Positions 1-14,050 of a stretch of 64,000 nt of DNA are shown one piece after another; the stretch's first letter is position 1, and each line of letters begins with the position of its first letter. The translations under genes and the position numbers were made by a program. The notes under the pieces were generated by a model, which did not search any database, had not been told where the DNA came from, and was given only the letters and a program-made list of their open reading frames with translations. Origin of the DNA: Balanoglossus misakiensis (lineage: Eukaryota; Animalia; Hemichordata); the NCBI GenBank assembly GCA_040954595.2, contig CM082576.2, forward strand, positions 14,387,129 through 14,451,128, written 5' to 3'.

Positions 1-203
1 ACCGAATTTCCTATTAAACCGTGCAACATTCACATTCTTCTATATTTATTAATAATTTGGGGCATCAGGCTGCACGGATTTGATGTTATAACACACCATG
101 CAGCGAACCCTCGATCGTGATTCGTCAATACGACGTCACGTGACCTTAGTCATTTCGAACTGTTGCCTGGGGCATCAGTTCGATCGGTTTGGTGTGTTAT
201 AAA

Positions 204-353
204 ACACATGATGACTGACATATTCGGGCAACAGTGTATTTTTAATGACCTCGGGACTGCCAGTCACACCAAAACAAAACTGTTTTAGTTGTGACTAGCA
301 GCACCCTCGGTCATCAAAATACACTGTTGCCCTCATTGTCAGTCATCATGTGT
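204..353. repeat. Imperfect palindromic (foldback) element, about 150 bp
   Basis: ACACATGATGACTGACA..GGGCAACAGTGTATTTT pairs with AAAATACACTGTTGCCC..TGTCAGTCATCATGTGT. Confidence 0.7.
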
Positions 354-439
354 ATATTGTTTACTCAAGAGAATACACCAGATTTCCTTCCAGGTCTCAA
401 CTATTTACTCGACTTAGCAAAATAGAATACCAGTATATA

Positions 440-525
440 ATTCATTCATTCATTCATTCATTCATTCATTCATTCATTCATTCATTCCGCACTCGTTCAC
501 CCACCCACTCACTCACTCACTCACT
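440..525. repeat. (ATTC)n / (ACTC)n microsatellite
   Basis: Read directly from the sequence. Confidence 0.9.
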
Positions 526-3500
526 TCTTTCATTGCTTTTCGTAGTAGTTTTATCCATGTGGAAAGAGCAAAGGCGATATTCAAGAAAGAACCATTGCAG
601 ATGTAAAATACAATTTTCTGATTATTTAGAAACGGCAGATCTTTCGTTGGCATAGTAATTAAAGAGGCTCATCGCACGCGTTGTCGACATAACGAATGGG
701 GCCGTCCGAACAATTGTTTACACATCAAATTATAAGTCAAGAGGATGTGTAATGATTACCACTTCATGATAACCGTTTGATTGGCGTGATTTCTTTTATC
801 AATGACTTGTCCAAACAAATTATGGCGGCCTGTCTGTCTGCAGTCCTCAATACTTGCCCGGGCAACATTTTTTGATAATTAACGTGATCTAGAGCCCCCG
901 AGCACTCCTTCACAATATGTGAGAAGCTTTATTGGGGGCCTAAATATCAGCCTAGATTCACAATTGATTCACTATAGTTTTCGGATGTTTGCCGGCGTGA
1001 AATGAAACCTCAGATTAAAATTGTTCAACCACCGCTTATTTCGTGGAATGTTTCAGAAATACAGGTTCGCGTAGTGAGGGCAAAGGAATTGATGGTGTGA
1101 GACAGAGCAGGGGGGGGGGGCTGTGTGGGCGGGTGGAGGTGAAGTAACATTACCTCAGAAAGACGACTGTTGAACTGTGTACAGACTAAAGAATGCCTGT
1201 TTGTAAGGAGTTTCAACATATGTTAGCAGAGGGGCATATACTCATTTAGTCGATAGCAAGCGCGCGAATATTGACGAAAAACATGCAAAACCTTACGCGG
1301 TCATGTCAATGTCAGGAAACCCACAGAATCATTAATACCACTGGGCAACATTTACAAATAGTCCTTCAAAAGTTCTTGATGTAAGCAAACCACACACATC
1401 CGTGTAGATAAAATGAATCTCACCATATAGACAATTATCGGTTTGACGGTTTAAGGTGACGTCATCATATAGCAGAAAACCTAACAATCTTGATGAGAAA
1501 AAAAAGAGATTTAAGTTCCACCAGAAACGATAACGTCAAACATTGCCCAGAGTGTCTGATTAGTGTTACCTTTACCAGACATATGGAGTCAGAAAATCCA
1601 ACTCCAAGTGTCAAAATCTTCGTTGATTTCAAATATTTATTCAAAATACAAATCCTCATCTCTAGCCTTAAAACATTATATTTTGATGATAAACACAGAA
1701 CGTTCACATTGCAAAGAGAACATGACTTATAACCAATGCAATGCCATGTATCCAAATGTAACAAAACAAACTGACAGAAAGCCAGGAAGAACTGTTTTAA
1801 TACTTTCAGCATTTAAATGTTGACATTTATTATACTGAAAGGTAGGAACAAAACACTTTCTTTATGTATGCAGAGCGCATAAGGCAAATCTGAAAATAGT
1901 ATCATGAAACGTTACTATACAGTATAAAAGAATGAAAATTTTAGTTTCCGGAGACGACAGAGAGTGATTGGTTGACTGTATACAGACGCTGTGCAACCGT
2001 GAAATGCAACAGGCTCACTTTTATAATAATTGCAGAATTCTGTGTTTACAAAGCAATGACAAGTATAGCATTTATCATCCCAACAATTAATTTTATTTTA
2101 AAAACACACTGAAAAAACTCCTTGGGTTTCGCACGGGAGAAATATTTGAAATTAAGTCTTCCATAAGAAACGCGGACGAGTCATTTTGAGCATATAAAGG
2201 GTTCACGGAAAGAGAGAGAATTTAAGGTCATCCGAAAGAACGCAAATGGTTAGAGCGTAATTTCTATTCGAATAAATGCGGGTTTTTTTTCGGTAAGGCC
2301 TCCACCGTACATTTTTTCATAAATGCTGAGGTTGGCAGTGAAGCGACGGGACAAGCGCTTGATAGCGGCAAGGGAGACAGTCCGCAGAGTTGTGTCAGTG
2401 GGTGACTAGGGTATCTTCGGCAATTGACCGGGTGACCCATGAACTGTGTACAGACTATTAACGGGAAAGGGGTACTTTTCAGAGCTGTGTGTTCAATTGG
2501 TAGAGTCGTTTCCCGCTGCAAACTGCTTCCATTTCTCACCTTTCTGCCTACAATTTTAAGGTAATCTTGAACTACCATGCCAGTTTACCAACAGTGGCGT
2601 TCGTTATATCAACTATAGTAACTGCATGGGTCTGAGCTACATCAAGGATTCGTGCAATCACATTACTGTCGTCATGCAAAAGAAACCGGTATTATGCAAA
2701 TTGATTAAAGTACCCCTTTATAATGACCCGTGCAGACAATGTCAGTATTTAAGGCAGGGTCATCATCAGTCACATTATGCTATGGAGTCGGATATTGACA
2801 ATGCCGCGCGGGTAAGTTTCTTTGTTGAGGGGTTTATTTGACATTACATGGTTAACGTTTTAGGCGTGGAGACGCTGGGAGATTCGGCAATGTTTGAAAT
2901 TTTAATCTGTTTCAAATTGTCATATATCAGAAAGCCTTTTGTAGTGCCATATTTCCTCAGTCATAAGCGCGTCGATTCGGGCAAGTTTCCTTGTCTGTCG
3001 AACATCAGTTCTTTTCGCGCCACCACAGAGAATCTTCTCGTTTATGCATTTTTTCCAAACTGGACTCGGAATGTCATGATATCATAAAAAAGTGTGCCAC
3101 ACAACAGTATATATTCGCTAAATATCACATTGCCATAAGCTTATGGGTGGGGGGGGGGGCTTTCAGTTAACACGACTCGGAGGGGCTAGGGTGAGGAGTG
3201 AGGGGTGTGACACTAGATATTTACGTGGAAGTACATGTACAGGTATATTATGTACACACAGTCATAATTGCATGAAATTAGTTTATGTTTGACTTTGTGA
3301 CAATGCTTGGAAAATGAAAAAAAGCATATTCTCAGCAGGGTTAATCTTCTTATCCCCAACATCAGGGATTAGAAGACATGAATATTGCTACCACGATAAC
3401 TACATGTATAACTTATATTTAGGCTACGCGTGTCAGCGTTATTTCACTATATATGGAGGGAACACCGAGAATTAAACTGTGGCAACGTCTTCCAGTGGTT

Positions 3501-4682
3501 GAATCTAGAAATAAATGAAATTAAACGGACACTATCTGTAACTTTAAGTATCTTTGTTTCGTGTCTTCCTCCGTATATTGTAGTTTTTCCTCCGTTTGTT
3601 GCTTGTCAACAAGTGATGAGTATGTGTGTCAGCCAATGTTATTATTGACAGAAGCATTCAAATCCGAACTAGAATACAATTTTACGTTAAATAAAAACAG
3701 TGTCGACTGTGTTCGTACGCCAGGAAACAGCATGATTGATACACAGAACGAAAATACTGAATTGTCAAACATTACAGATAGAGGATTCTCCTCCATACTT
3801 TTTGTCTCATTCAAGTTACTGAACAATTTTCAGCAGAGCTCTGGACTGAATGGAAGGGTTTCGATTTTTCTCGTGTATCTGTTTTCGTAGTTACGTCAAT
3901 TGTTTTTCTTTTGTTTGTTTTTTTAGGCAGCATCTTCGATTTGAACTGGCATTCCATGTCGTTTCTTGGAGTCGTAGACATAAAGTCGAACAACTATAAA
4001 GTAACTCTTAAGTGACGGAAGAGAAAAGCGCATTACAAGTAAAATTGTAAGTAACATTTATTTATTTATTTCACTCAATGAACTCTTCGACCTATGGTAG
4101 CGTAGGAAGCAAAAGCATTTCAATGATATATCTTTTGAAAAAATACTAGCACATGCATTTTGTTGGACATCGTGGTGCAATCACGAATTTCCTCCTGGTA
4201 TCTGTAACATCCCATAGGCACATGAAGTATGCGAGCTGATGTACAATCGACCCTCCAACAAGGCTGGCTTAAGCCTTGACACAGAGGGTATCCACCCGAT
4301 GTATTCTTACTGAAGTTACGTCCTGAATTAACTGTCACAAAGGCAGTGCCTTCGGTATACTAGTAGACCCTTCCGACCAGAAAGTTTAAATTCCCTTAAC
4401 TGATATAGGGTGGGTACGGTACAAATAGATGAAACATCGCGGATTGATGTGAATTTTGATCATTTTTCCAGCAATTATCACATTTTCTGATCTATACTAT
4501 ATTGTTATTAGCAATTATATTATACCAGTATATTGATGGTGTAAATCACGCTATTTGATTGGTCGAGACACGACACGTGACCGTGATATATTAGCCATAT
4601 ACCACAGTCATATATCATAGTCAAAGAAAATGCCTTTTTAAAATGTTTTATGCAAAGTTTCAATATACTGGCATAATATAAT

Positions 4683-4825
4683 AGCAATAAAACACCCCCA
4701 GCCATGGTATACCACTCGATTTTGATCAGTTCAACTCCATATACGCACTCGCTATCGCTCGTGCGTATATGTCGTGAACTGGTCAAAATCTCGTGGTATA
4801 CCATGGCTGGGGGTGTTTTATTGCT
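4683..4825. repeat. Palindromic (foldback) element, 143 bp
   Basis: Perfect 33-bp outer arms at 4683-4715 and 4793-4825; pairing continues inward. Confidence 0.8.
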
Positions 4826-6606
4826 TAATTATATGCAATTACCGTTGTCAGTTTAAAGTACAAGATTCGTCATTTTTCATCGAGTGATGGCGCGATACCG
4901 ACGTATTTGCTTTGTCAGTCAAACTCACCATGCTCTTATTTTCTTGCCATTTCTATAATTTTCACGCAATACACCATTTCAGGATAATTATGTTTCAATT
5001 ATTTGAGCGGTTAGTGTTATTCACACATCCATATTTTACGCGTTTTATAATAATGTTGCGAGAAAGATCAATTCAACTACAACAGTTGAAGTCATCACGG
5101 GAATGCACTCGATAAGAATGGTCAAACTAGATTCTATATTCTTCTGGTCGCTTCATTCGAGTGAAAATAAACGGCAGATTCCCGTCAGTTCAAGAGGGGA
5201 GATTTGTTGCGAAATCTTTAGCACAAAACGACTATGATTTGGTTTATTTATCATGGAAGTTACTCATATAACATAAAAATACATTTACACATAGTTTATA
5301 CTAGTAGATAGTGATAGAAATGCGGTAAGACTGACAAACCAATCGAAAATCCCTCTCAAGCCTCGAAGAAAATACCTACAAAATCCGTGCCTGTTGTATT
5401 AACGTGTAAACACAGAGTTTAATAGGTCCCCTGCAATTAATGGTGGATGTGACATACAGGGAGTTATAGTTGAGGGCGCAATGTTTGTCACAGGGGCAAT
5501 GGCATCACCGCTGAGTACGGATTAGCTTGATGTGAAGGCATTATGACAATGGACACCTGTTGATCAGTGGGTCTATCGTGGCGTTTGATAATAACATCTA
5601 ACACCGTATATTGGACAGTTTCAGAACAAATATACCGCAATCGATCTTTTACGCATGCGCTGTTTTTAAAGAAACACTGACGGCGTCTCTTGGACAGACG
5701 GACAGAAACCAATCACAAAGTTCTTTCTGATTTCGCACAGCGTAGTATAGCAACAGGGTCAAAATTTTCAAGATAATAATTAACGCATTGCTGTTTTGGG
5801 CTTTGTGTTCAAAATGAAAAGCAGATCGGCTAATTTCAGGTGTTCAATAACGTTTCCTGATCAGACTACTGCAAGCTTTATGATATATCACCCCCCACAA
5901 TGTGCTGCGCATTAGTCACAGTGGCCAGCATTGTGTCTGTGAGTTACCAAATATGAGAATTTTTGGGGCAATATAAGTTCATATAGCTCTGTAGTTTACT
6001 TCAGGTGCACTAAACCCGCACCTCTGGTTCCCATTGACCGGAATTCATGAAGGTTGACTATGTAGAATGCACTCAGTCTGATAAGAGATGTAGGTTAATG
6101 TGCCAATTTGACCTTTCGGCCAACAGAGGGTGTTTTTTTACAGGGAGGGGGCGATTGATGTGCAAAGTGGGCGCCAGGTTACATAGACGTGTCGTCAATG
6201 AGAGTCAGAAACAGATTGGATGTCACTGTATAAATCTTAATATGGGTCTGTACGTCTGAAGGGTCGAACAGAATCTTGATACAAGTCTAGGGTCCACAAT
6301 CACACAGGAACAAGTATGCAAAATAACCCACGTCGGACTAGGTATATAGTAACCTGTCCATGAACTCAATACGTCGTTATAGGTAGCACACACACTTCTC
6401 TCACGAGAACACAACAAACGAGAAGACATATATGATGCGTACATATTTAGGCAAGTAAGCTATTTAATGCAGCGATGTAATTGAATCATTACATTAACAT
6501 TTTACAAAACATTTGCTCATCGGTACAGCATATCAAAGAATATAAAAATGGCAGAACAGCGTCTTATGAGTCCATAGTCATGAGTTCAATCAGTTCATCT
6601 TTTTGC

Positions 6607-7008
6607 CTAAGCACGCTTCAGGTAACGCTTTCCGACGACGCCAACGCCATCCTTCGAGAGGGTGCAGACCATTTCGTCTCCGTTGACTTCACGTGTCTCC
6701 ACCACGGTGCCTGCGTCGACTCCCTTGATGGTCAGCTTGTTGCCATCGACGCTTGCGACGGCCTGCCTCTCCTTGCCGATCGGAGCGAACGTCTCCTTGA
6801 ATGGCTCTCCGGGCTTGAACCTCTGCTCGATGACGTTGCCTTTTGGTCCGGTCATCTTGATGACGAAGAAGTCTCCATCCTTGAGGCACTCGACCGATGT
6901 CTGTGCGTCGGCCGCGCCTTCCGCCTTCTCTGGTGGTGCCCCGGCGGCCAGAAGGAATTCCTTCATGTTCTCGCTCTTGACGTAGTTCCACTTGCCGAGG
7001 TATGCCAT
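6607..7008 (-). CDS. FABP: Intracellular lipid/fatty acid-binding protein, array copy 1 (133 aa, uninterrupted CDS)
   Basis: GKW N-terminal motif, SEN..EFL.A.G helix region, FKPGEPFKET, ETREV.GDEM and C-terminal KRYLKRA; typical iLBP length; ATG to stop without an intron. Confidence 0.93.
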   Translation of the reverse strand: MAYLGKWNYVKSENMKEFLLAAGAPPEKAEGAADAQTSVECLKDGDFFVIKMTGPKGNVIEQRFKPGEPFKETFAPIGKERQAVASVDGNKLTIKGVDAGTVVETREVNGDEMVCTLSKDGVGVVGKRYLKRA

Positions 7009-7075
7009 GACTAGTTCGTAGAGATGGACTTGCAGAGTAAGGAGACTTCTGGTGGAGTGGTGATGGTGAGGATGA

Positions 7076-7129
7076 GAGTGACTCTAACGCCGCCGAGGAC
7101 TGCCCTTATATAAGTCCAGACATGCAAAT
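7076..7129 (-). promoter_or_regulatory. FABP copy 1 core promoter: Inr (TCACTC), TATATAA, octamer ATTTGCAT
   Basis: Inr A at 7079, TATA at 7106-7112, octamer at 7122-7129; spacing shared with paralogs. Confidence 0.7.
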
Positions 7130-8558
7130 TAGACTTAACCATGATGAACCTGAGGTTTTTTTGAATGTCGGGGGAGAAAAAAGTCAAAGTTCTGAGACGT
7201 AAAGGACACATGGAAGTACAACATTGTCCCATACAGGAATATCTGTTTCACGTCAAAACAGAAGGGAAAAGTTCAGAGCATCTAGAAGATGCCTATTTTC
7301 TCAATGCCCCTCAAATGTATCAAATAGATCTACCTGTGATGAACTTGGTCGCTCCTGATAGTTTTTACCCTTGTCCTGCATTCCCAATTTTTTCCCCATT
7401 CTTTCGCTTGTTCGAATTTTCACGATGATGTCATTGGTCTGGTGGTTACATACCCGGGGTCACACGTGAGGGTGAGGGGGGGGGGGTGCTGTGGGACAAA
7501 GTTGACAGCCACCTTGAAAACTTACCTTGGATGACCAAATGAACTTTGCCACAGTGAGCGACCGGCTTCTACAGGAAACGACGAGACCGGTTGTTTCGAA
7601 CAAAAGCTTGTATTAATAGTGGAGAAGTAAAGATGGGAGCTTAGAAAGGCGTTTACTCTGGTAAGAAATCACTCCGTCTTGTTAAAATTATGTTTATAAC
7701 GTTCGCGTGACTGAGAATCTTGAGAACGCACTTCGAGACAACATGCATTAGTAAAAAATCTTTAGCGTTTCTTAGGACATCTAGAATATATATTGGGGGG
7801 TGACGAACGATGAAATTACTTTCCCGGAGATATGCATGTTTACCATTCAGAAATGAGGCAAATTTAAAACAAATATTGTTTGTATAAGCAACGCTAGTCA
7901 GAATTACTTATAAAGACTGTTGACGACAAAAATATTTGTTTAACACTAAAGTCCAGTCGGAGAGATAAATATAGAGAATGTCATTGTCCTAAGACGCAGT
8001 GAATATCTAGTTAAAGTACAAAAAATCTTACACTGGAACTGATATAGTCGACCAAACTTTTGCCACACACATGTGGTATCATACATTTTAGTTAATTTAC
8101 TAGATGTAGCTCGACGAATCTGTATTTTTTGTTGTTGTGTGATCTTCCTGAACATTTTAGAGTGAATCCTGTATAAAAATGGCAGAACATGTTTCGGGTA
8201 CATTGTATATTATTCTTCCTACTTGCTTTATATGCATAATCCGATTTTCTGTTGAAAAATATTGGAAGTTTCACAACAATTTCAAGTAACTATACAAGTT
8301 GAGAAATGGTGACTTTAGCGTCCATGCACATTTGACTAATTTGAAGGTGCTTCAGTTGGCATAGTAACAAAAGAGGACGCGGTGTTGACACTAGATACGA
8401 TTGTTCAAACAGTGGTTTACAAATTGCCGATGTCAAGGGTTTGGACAAGGAGCGCTATCACAAATTAGGACTAGGGTGATGTTTCGATCAAACCAAATGA
8501 TGGCAAAATGTTGGAAATGCTCCGGGGCGTGCTTGTAGGTGAAGGACCCACCGATTGA

Positions 8559-8571
8559 TGACCTATGAACT
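8559..8571 (-). promoter_or_regulatory. Nuclear-receptor DR1 element AGTTCA-T-AGGTCA
   Basis: Two RGKTCA half-sites with 1-nt spacing; related sites at 2433-2445, 10163-10191 and 25380-25392. Confidence 0.5.
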
Positions 8572-9966
8572 TTATGGTACTGGACGAGAACGAGACAGCC
8601 TGTGGCCATTGAGTTCAGTACACCTGTACGCATGCGTCCGTTCCAATTTGTAATGTGTTTAAAATGGAAACGGGTTTCCTTCGTGAAATATCCATGGCAG
8701 ATTCTTAAAGGTAGTACGGTAACCGTTTTTTGTAGCAGTAATCTGTCCCAAAGTATCAATTACTTTGACTAAATATTCATGCAATTATTAATCTCGTTTC
8801 CATGGTAGCATGTCTCTGTAAATACATTAAAACTCCATTATAGAATAACACATCAGATACAAGAGCGTCATCACTCAAAATTTAACCTTCCTACCATAAT
8901 GAGATGAAGAAGATAGAATAAGGCCGTAAACAAGTTTTGATATAGACCTTGGCCGATTGGCCTTACCTTTACCCTACACGTTTATTCCAACTTCCATGTT
9001 AAAATTTGAATATCATCGTTGATGTTTTTTTTACAAACCAATATTGTTATTTTTCCACGTGGTACTGTACCTACCAGTGGGAGATTATTTTTCATTTGAT
9101 GATTCTTGCCTCTCGCATTTGGGCGTGCACAAGTATATTTGTCATTGTCACATTTCCGTGATGTGGACACAATTCCTTGTGAGGGTCGTCAAGCACCATT
9201 CAGATACCTAAATACTGGAGTTTGGCGCTCTATATATACATGTTCATACATTCATTCATTCGTTTGTTTGTGTGTGTGTACGTGTGTGTGTGTGTGTTTG
9301 TTTGTTTGTCCTTCACGCCGATGTTGCTTGAAATGCGATTTTCTTTTGTGAAATTTCGTGATTGTAAATGTTGGAAAGTTCGGCAGTGATGGCTTACAGT
9401 CCATATGTGGCTACTTTCGGGGCAGTTCAGTTGGCATGGTGATTAAAGAGGACACATTGTTGACATTAGATACGAGTATTCTAACAGTGTTTACGGATCG
9501 AACAAGAAGTCAAGAGTTTTGGCAAAGATTACTGAGTGCAAATTTTAGTAAGTCGATATTTCCACAGTGCGTTGGGCCAACGGATTGTCTTCAGTAATCT
9601 ATACGAGACGAATTAGCAAGAGAGGAAATGAAAACAGTTCGTATTCACAAAATGTTGGACCTTTTGAAGTATCTTGGGTCCAGTGTTATATTATTGTTAG
9701 GTCCAGAGTGCATCCTGCATTATGGAAACGCCATTAATAACGCCATAAAGTTAAATAATCAACCACATGTATTTACAGACAAGATGCCACGAGGCTAACC
9801 TTTAGTCCGTAATGCATTACGCCTGTTACATTTTACTGTGGGAATCTTCGATATCAGTTCAAAATGTTGATATTGTCGTCTGTGCGCATCCTTTTTACTA
9901 TATGGATGGTGAGCATTGTCTCCGGGACTGTACAAATACGTTAATAAATCTATCTATCTATCTCTT

Positions 9967-10107
9967 TTTGTTTGTTTGTTTGTTTGTTTGTTTGTTTGTT
10001 TGTTTGTTTGTTTGTTTGTTTGTTTGGTTGGTTGGTTGGTTGGTTGGTTGGTTGGTTGGTTGGTTGGTTGGTTGGTTGGTTGGTTGGTTGGTTGGTTGGT
10101 TGGTTGG
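9967..10107. repeat. Compound (TTTG)n(TTGG)n microsatellite
   Basis: Read directly from the sequence. Confidence 0.95.
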
Positions 10108-13100
10108 ATCTTTGATTCGTTCGTTCGTTCGTCACGATTGATTTTTGGAGTGGATGACGGGTTGACCCATGAATTTTATGAACTGTGAACTATATACAGA
10201 CTAAAAACGCATAAATGAATTCAGCGGCTCAAATGGTTAATTTGTCGATATACCGAGTTGTCATTACTGCGACTTTGTTCAGGGCATTCGATAAAACACA
10301 AAGGCCTTTCTATTGAATAGCAATAGAATATCTATGTAATACTAGTATTAGCTCCAGGGCAGTTATTACATCATACCCCGGCATTACGCTGTCGCTCCGA
10401 CAGTCCTTTGGTATCAGAATGTTTTTGTCATTGTTTATTCAGTTATCAGAACCCACTTACAGGCGTTGTCATAGAGAAAGGTCTCCGATAAAAACCACAA
10501 AACTGATACGATAGAATCCTCAGAAGGGTCAACACTCACCGTGCAGGCTTTCGATCTTAATGAGGTCCTCAGGCGATAAACTTTGGTCCTAAAACGATGT
10601 TGATGTATGTTACCTTTACCCGATATTTAAAACCTGTGAATTTAAACCAATTGCCCTGGTATCCACTTAAAAGAGACCAAGTAAAGAACATTTCAAAAGG
10701 TAATGGCTCGTGTCAGCCAACCTATAATCATGTACAGTGGAGACCATGGGATATGGCGTCGGGCTCCAGTCACGAACTGAATAAAGACAAGCTTAAGTTA
10801 ACAAGCAATTTGAAAGCGTGAAAATATTGAGACTTTAATATCAAATGCTGCGGTTAAAGCAGGAAATTGAAATTATCTTTATGATACATGTATATAGGTA
10901 TGAATATTATGGATCTTGAATATATGTACTGATATTAAATTTAGACAACCCTTTGATCTATGCCCAAAAGAAGGATTCGCAAGCTGAAATATTACATGTA
11001 GATTGCAAGGTTGATAGGCTAACCGTTTTAATTAAAATATGCGTTATGAAGAATAGTAGACGATTACCTCGGAAATGACCGAGGCAGGACTGACACTGGG
11101 ACGAAAGTGTGTGTGTGCGTAATTAGGTGTTGGCGACCAAGCAGCGCCAGAGCATGCAGGAGGACAGGCAGGAATTATAGATTGAAATGGCCTGTAAGTT
11201 GGCGACTCGTGAACTGTGTACAGACTTAGAAATACAGAATGGTCGTGTGCGTGGTAAATGGACACGCTCGTTGTTCGGAGCGATACACCCGATTTAATAG
11301 TGCTGAGTTGTTACTATGACGTGTCGTACGTCTGGGAGAAACACCTGTGCTAAGGTACATGTATGTGCGGTTACGTTTCCATTGAATATCTATGCCAGTG
11401 GGTCAAAAGTAACCGTTATTATCAGCCAGTAATAAACTGTTGTTTAAAAACTCCTTTAGTTCCTGTCCATATAAGTGATTACTAAAGACTCTATCCAAAC
11501 AAGCGTACAGGCGTTGTCGTGGTAATAAGACCTTGCAAATAAATTAAAATCTCATCGGTATGATGGCAGTATTTATGGCATGGTCTTGATTCCAAATTAC
11601 ATTATTACAGTATGGCCTTTGATGTGGAACGTTTCACACGGGTAAGTGAAAAAATCATTATTATCATCCTTTGTGGGTCTCTAAAAAGCATCTCGAAGAC
11701 AGAAATTATACATGGGAAAAACGAAGCCAACCAAGTTCGTCTTTCACACGCTATTTAACACCATATCTTCAGTCATCATCCCAAAAATGTCTCTAACATA
11801 ATTTGAGAAAAACAAGCTTGGTGCAAGACTGGTATAGTTTAATTTCCACAGCTCAGACAGCTAGTAAGCATACCGGAGTGTTACAGAGGGACGGGCGAGC
11901 AACATAGTGAAACAGCAGACTATCTCAAGTTCTATGGTAAAGGAGATCGATTTGTAACAGGCTCCGATCGCGATCAGTCAGAACTGCATGTAAATGCAGT
12001 GCAGTGTGATTTTATGAGTTGAGCCATCAAACGTGTTGCAGAATTGACAAACAGGGATTTAAACTGTTGTTTAATGTGTGACACAGTCAGTACTATTACA
12101 CACCGACTGCAAGCAACATTGGCTGAAATAGCAGGGTAAAGACAGAACATGCATGACCAGTTATTCTCAAAATTCAGTACGATCTCAAATCAGTCCCACC
12201 CCACCGCGTCTATCCATCACCTCGGATTTTAGTGGAGATCATCCGGTCATGGATGACGGAGAAAAAGAAAACATAGAATATTTGCTGTTATGTAGAATCG
12301 GCGTGGCATATCACAGCAGCCGAAGTGTAATATATTCTTGTGAATGTTCTTAGCCACGACGATGCGTAATTTACATATGTGGGCCTCATGCATGTGTGGT
12401 ACTCAGTATATAGAAAGGGCGAAGAAACGTAATTATTTCTCATAACTTATGAGAAATCGCAGGCCAGGAATGTTAATTAAGTTTCTATGAAATTTTCATC
12501 CCCTTGCACCCCTATGGCAAAAAATGTCTGTGACGTCATTTACATATTCTTGTAAAAGAAAAGATTGATCAAAACGATTTTTCGCGATGCATTTTTTTCT
12601 ATAAGTGTGTACATTCATCATCAATTCATTTAATAGTTTTTGTCAAGTTCATAACTGTTGCAATATGTGAAGAGTATCCTAAAAAGCGTTCTCTCTGAAG
12701 GCCACGGGTGAAAAAAGAATCATCTTGAGGGCCCTTTACCGATGTCAAGTATTCATCCTTTCTCTTGTTCTCATTTTGTAGCATTTGTTTTTACTTTTAG
12801 TGTTCATAGTAGTTGAATAGCGTAGCTATAACAATAGTCATGGCACCATATACGCACAAACGAACTTGCAATGAGAAATGAACCACTTGGGGGCGCAACA
12901 CACAACAGACACGTCAAAGGGGGTCAAAACGTGTTTATGCCATGCGCATGTAACTCACAGATCAGTGAGGGAATATTCGTCGTTGTGGTTATTTTGCCAA
13001 GTGAAGCAAGATAGGTATTCCAAAGAACATATTGAATTTTCCGAGTTTTACAGCCAAAAAAGACGAATACGATGTGGTTGATTACTATTGTCCTGCTTTA

Positions 13101-13132
13101 AACGGAATCAATGTCATTTTGATGTGGAGTGC

Positions 13133-13217
13133 TGTTGTTGTTGTTGTTGTTGTTGTGGTGGTGGTGGTGGTGGTGGTGGTGGTGGTGGTGGTGGTGGTGG
13201 TGGTGGTGGTGGTGGTG
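13133..13217. repeat. (GTT)n(GGT)n microsatellite
   Basis: Read directly from the sequence. Confidence 0.95.
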
Positions 13218-14050
13218 TAGATGTTCAAAGTAAGAATACAACATGTAGTAATATACCTGCCGATCTAGTTAATAACCATGTACCATGATAACATGGTTAC
13301 ATTGTACAAGACTGGTACAAGTGTTGGGTCATCTGAGGTCATTCATGGTCAGAGGTCTTGATTATTATGACTTGGAACGGTGAAATCTGCAGGTGGTGCT
13401 TTTAGAGAAACTTAGTCACTTAAGAAAACACTGACAACAGATAGACTGAAAAGTCGGTCTCTGGATCTTTACACCAGACCATGTCATTTTAATGTTTTTG
13501 GTCAATGACGGCGGCATTGGAATGGATCCGAAAATGCTCCTTCCCGCCATGAACGGAGAAATGGAGATTGTCAATGTGTGTTTTCTTTAAGTTCCAATGG
13601 TGAGCATTCCGTTGTAGGGTACCACGCGATAATGGCCAAACATTGATTCAATAAAGGACAACTGGTATGGACATGATGCAAGGTAGAAAGTAGGGAGTCG
13701 GTTTTAAATACGCATGTTTGTTTTATCCTGTTTCACATATATTTTAAACGTGCACCACGTAGAGACTGGCTTTAAATGATTATCACATATACAAACGAAG
13801 AGACGTGTTCAGATCTTTCAGTCAAGTACAGCGCTTTAATATATTAACAATCTAATTTACAAGAATTTGTCTCAAAGCTTTATCACATCCAGGTGGTAGC
13901 GGATTGGTTGTATGAAGTGGCATTCACTATAATTATATTATGTCAATAAAAATACAAAACTAGCGAATGTGGTATAATGCGAGAAATTGAAAAGTCACAG
14001 AAAATATTTATGTGTTCATAAACATCAACTGTTGAAGTACATCGTTCAGT

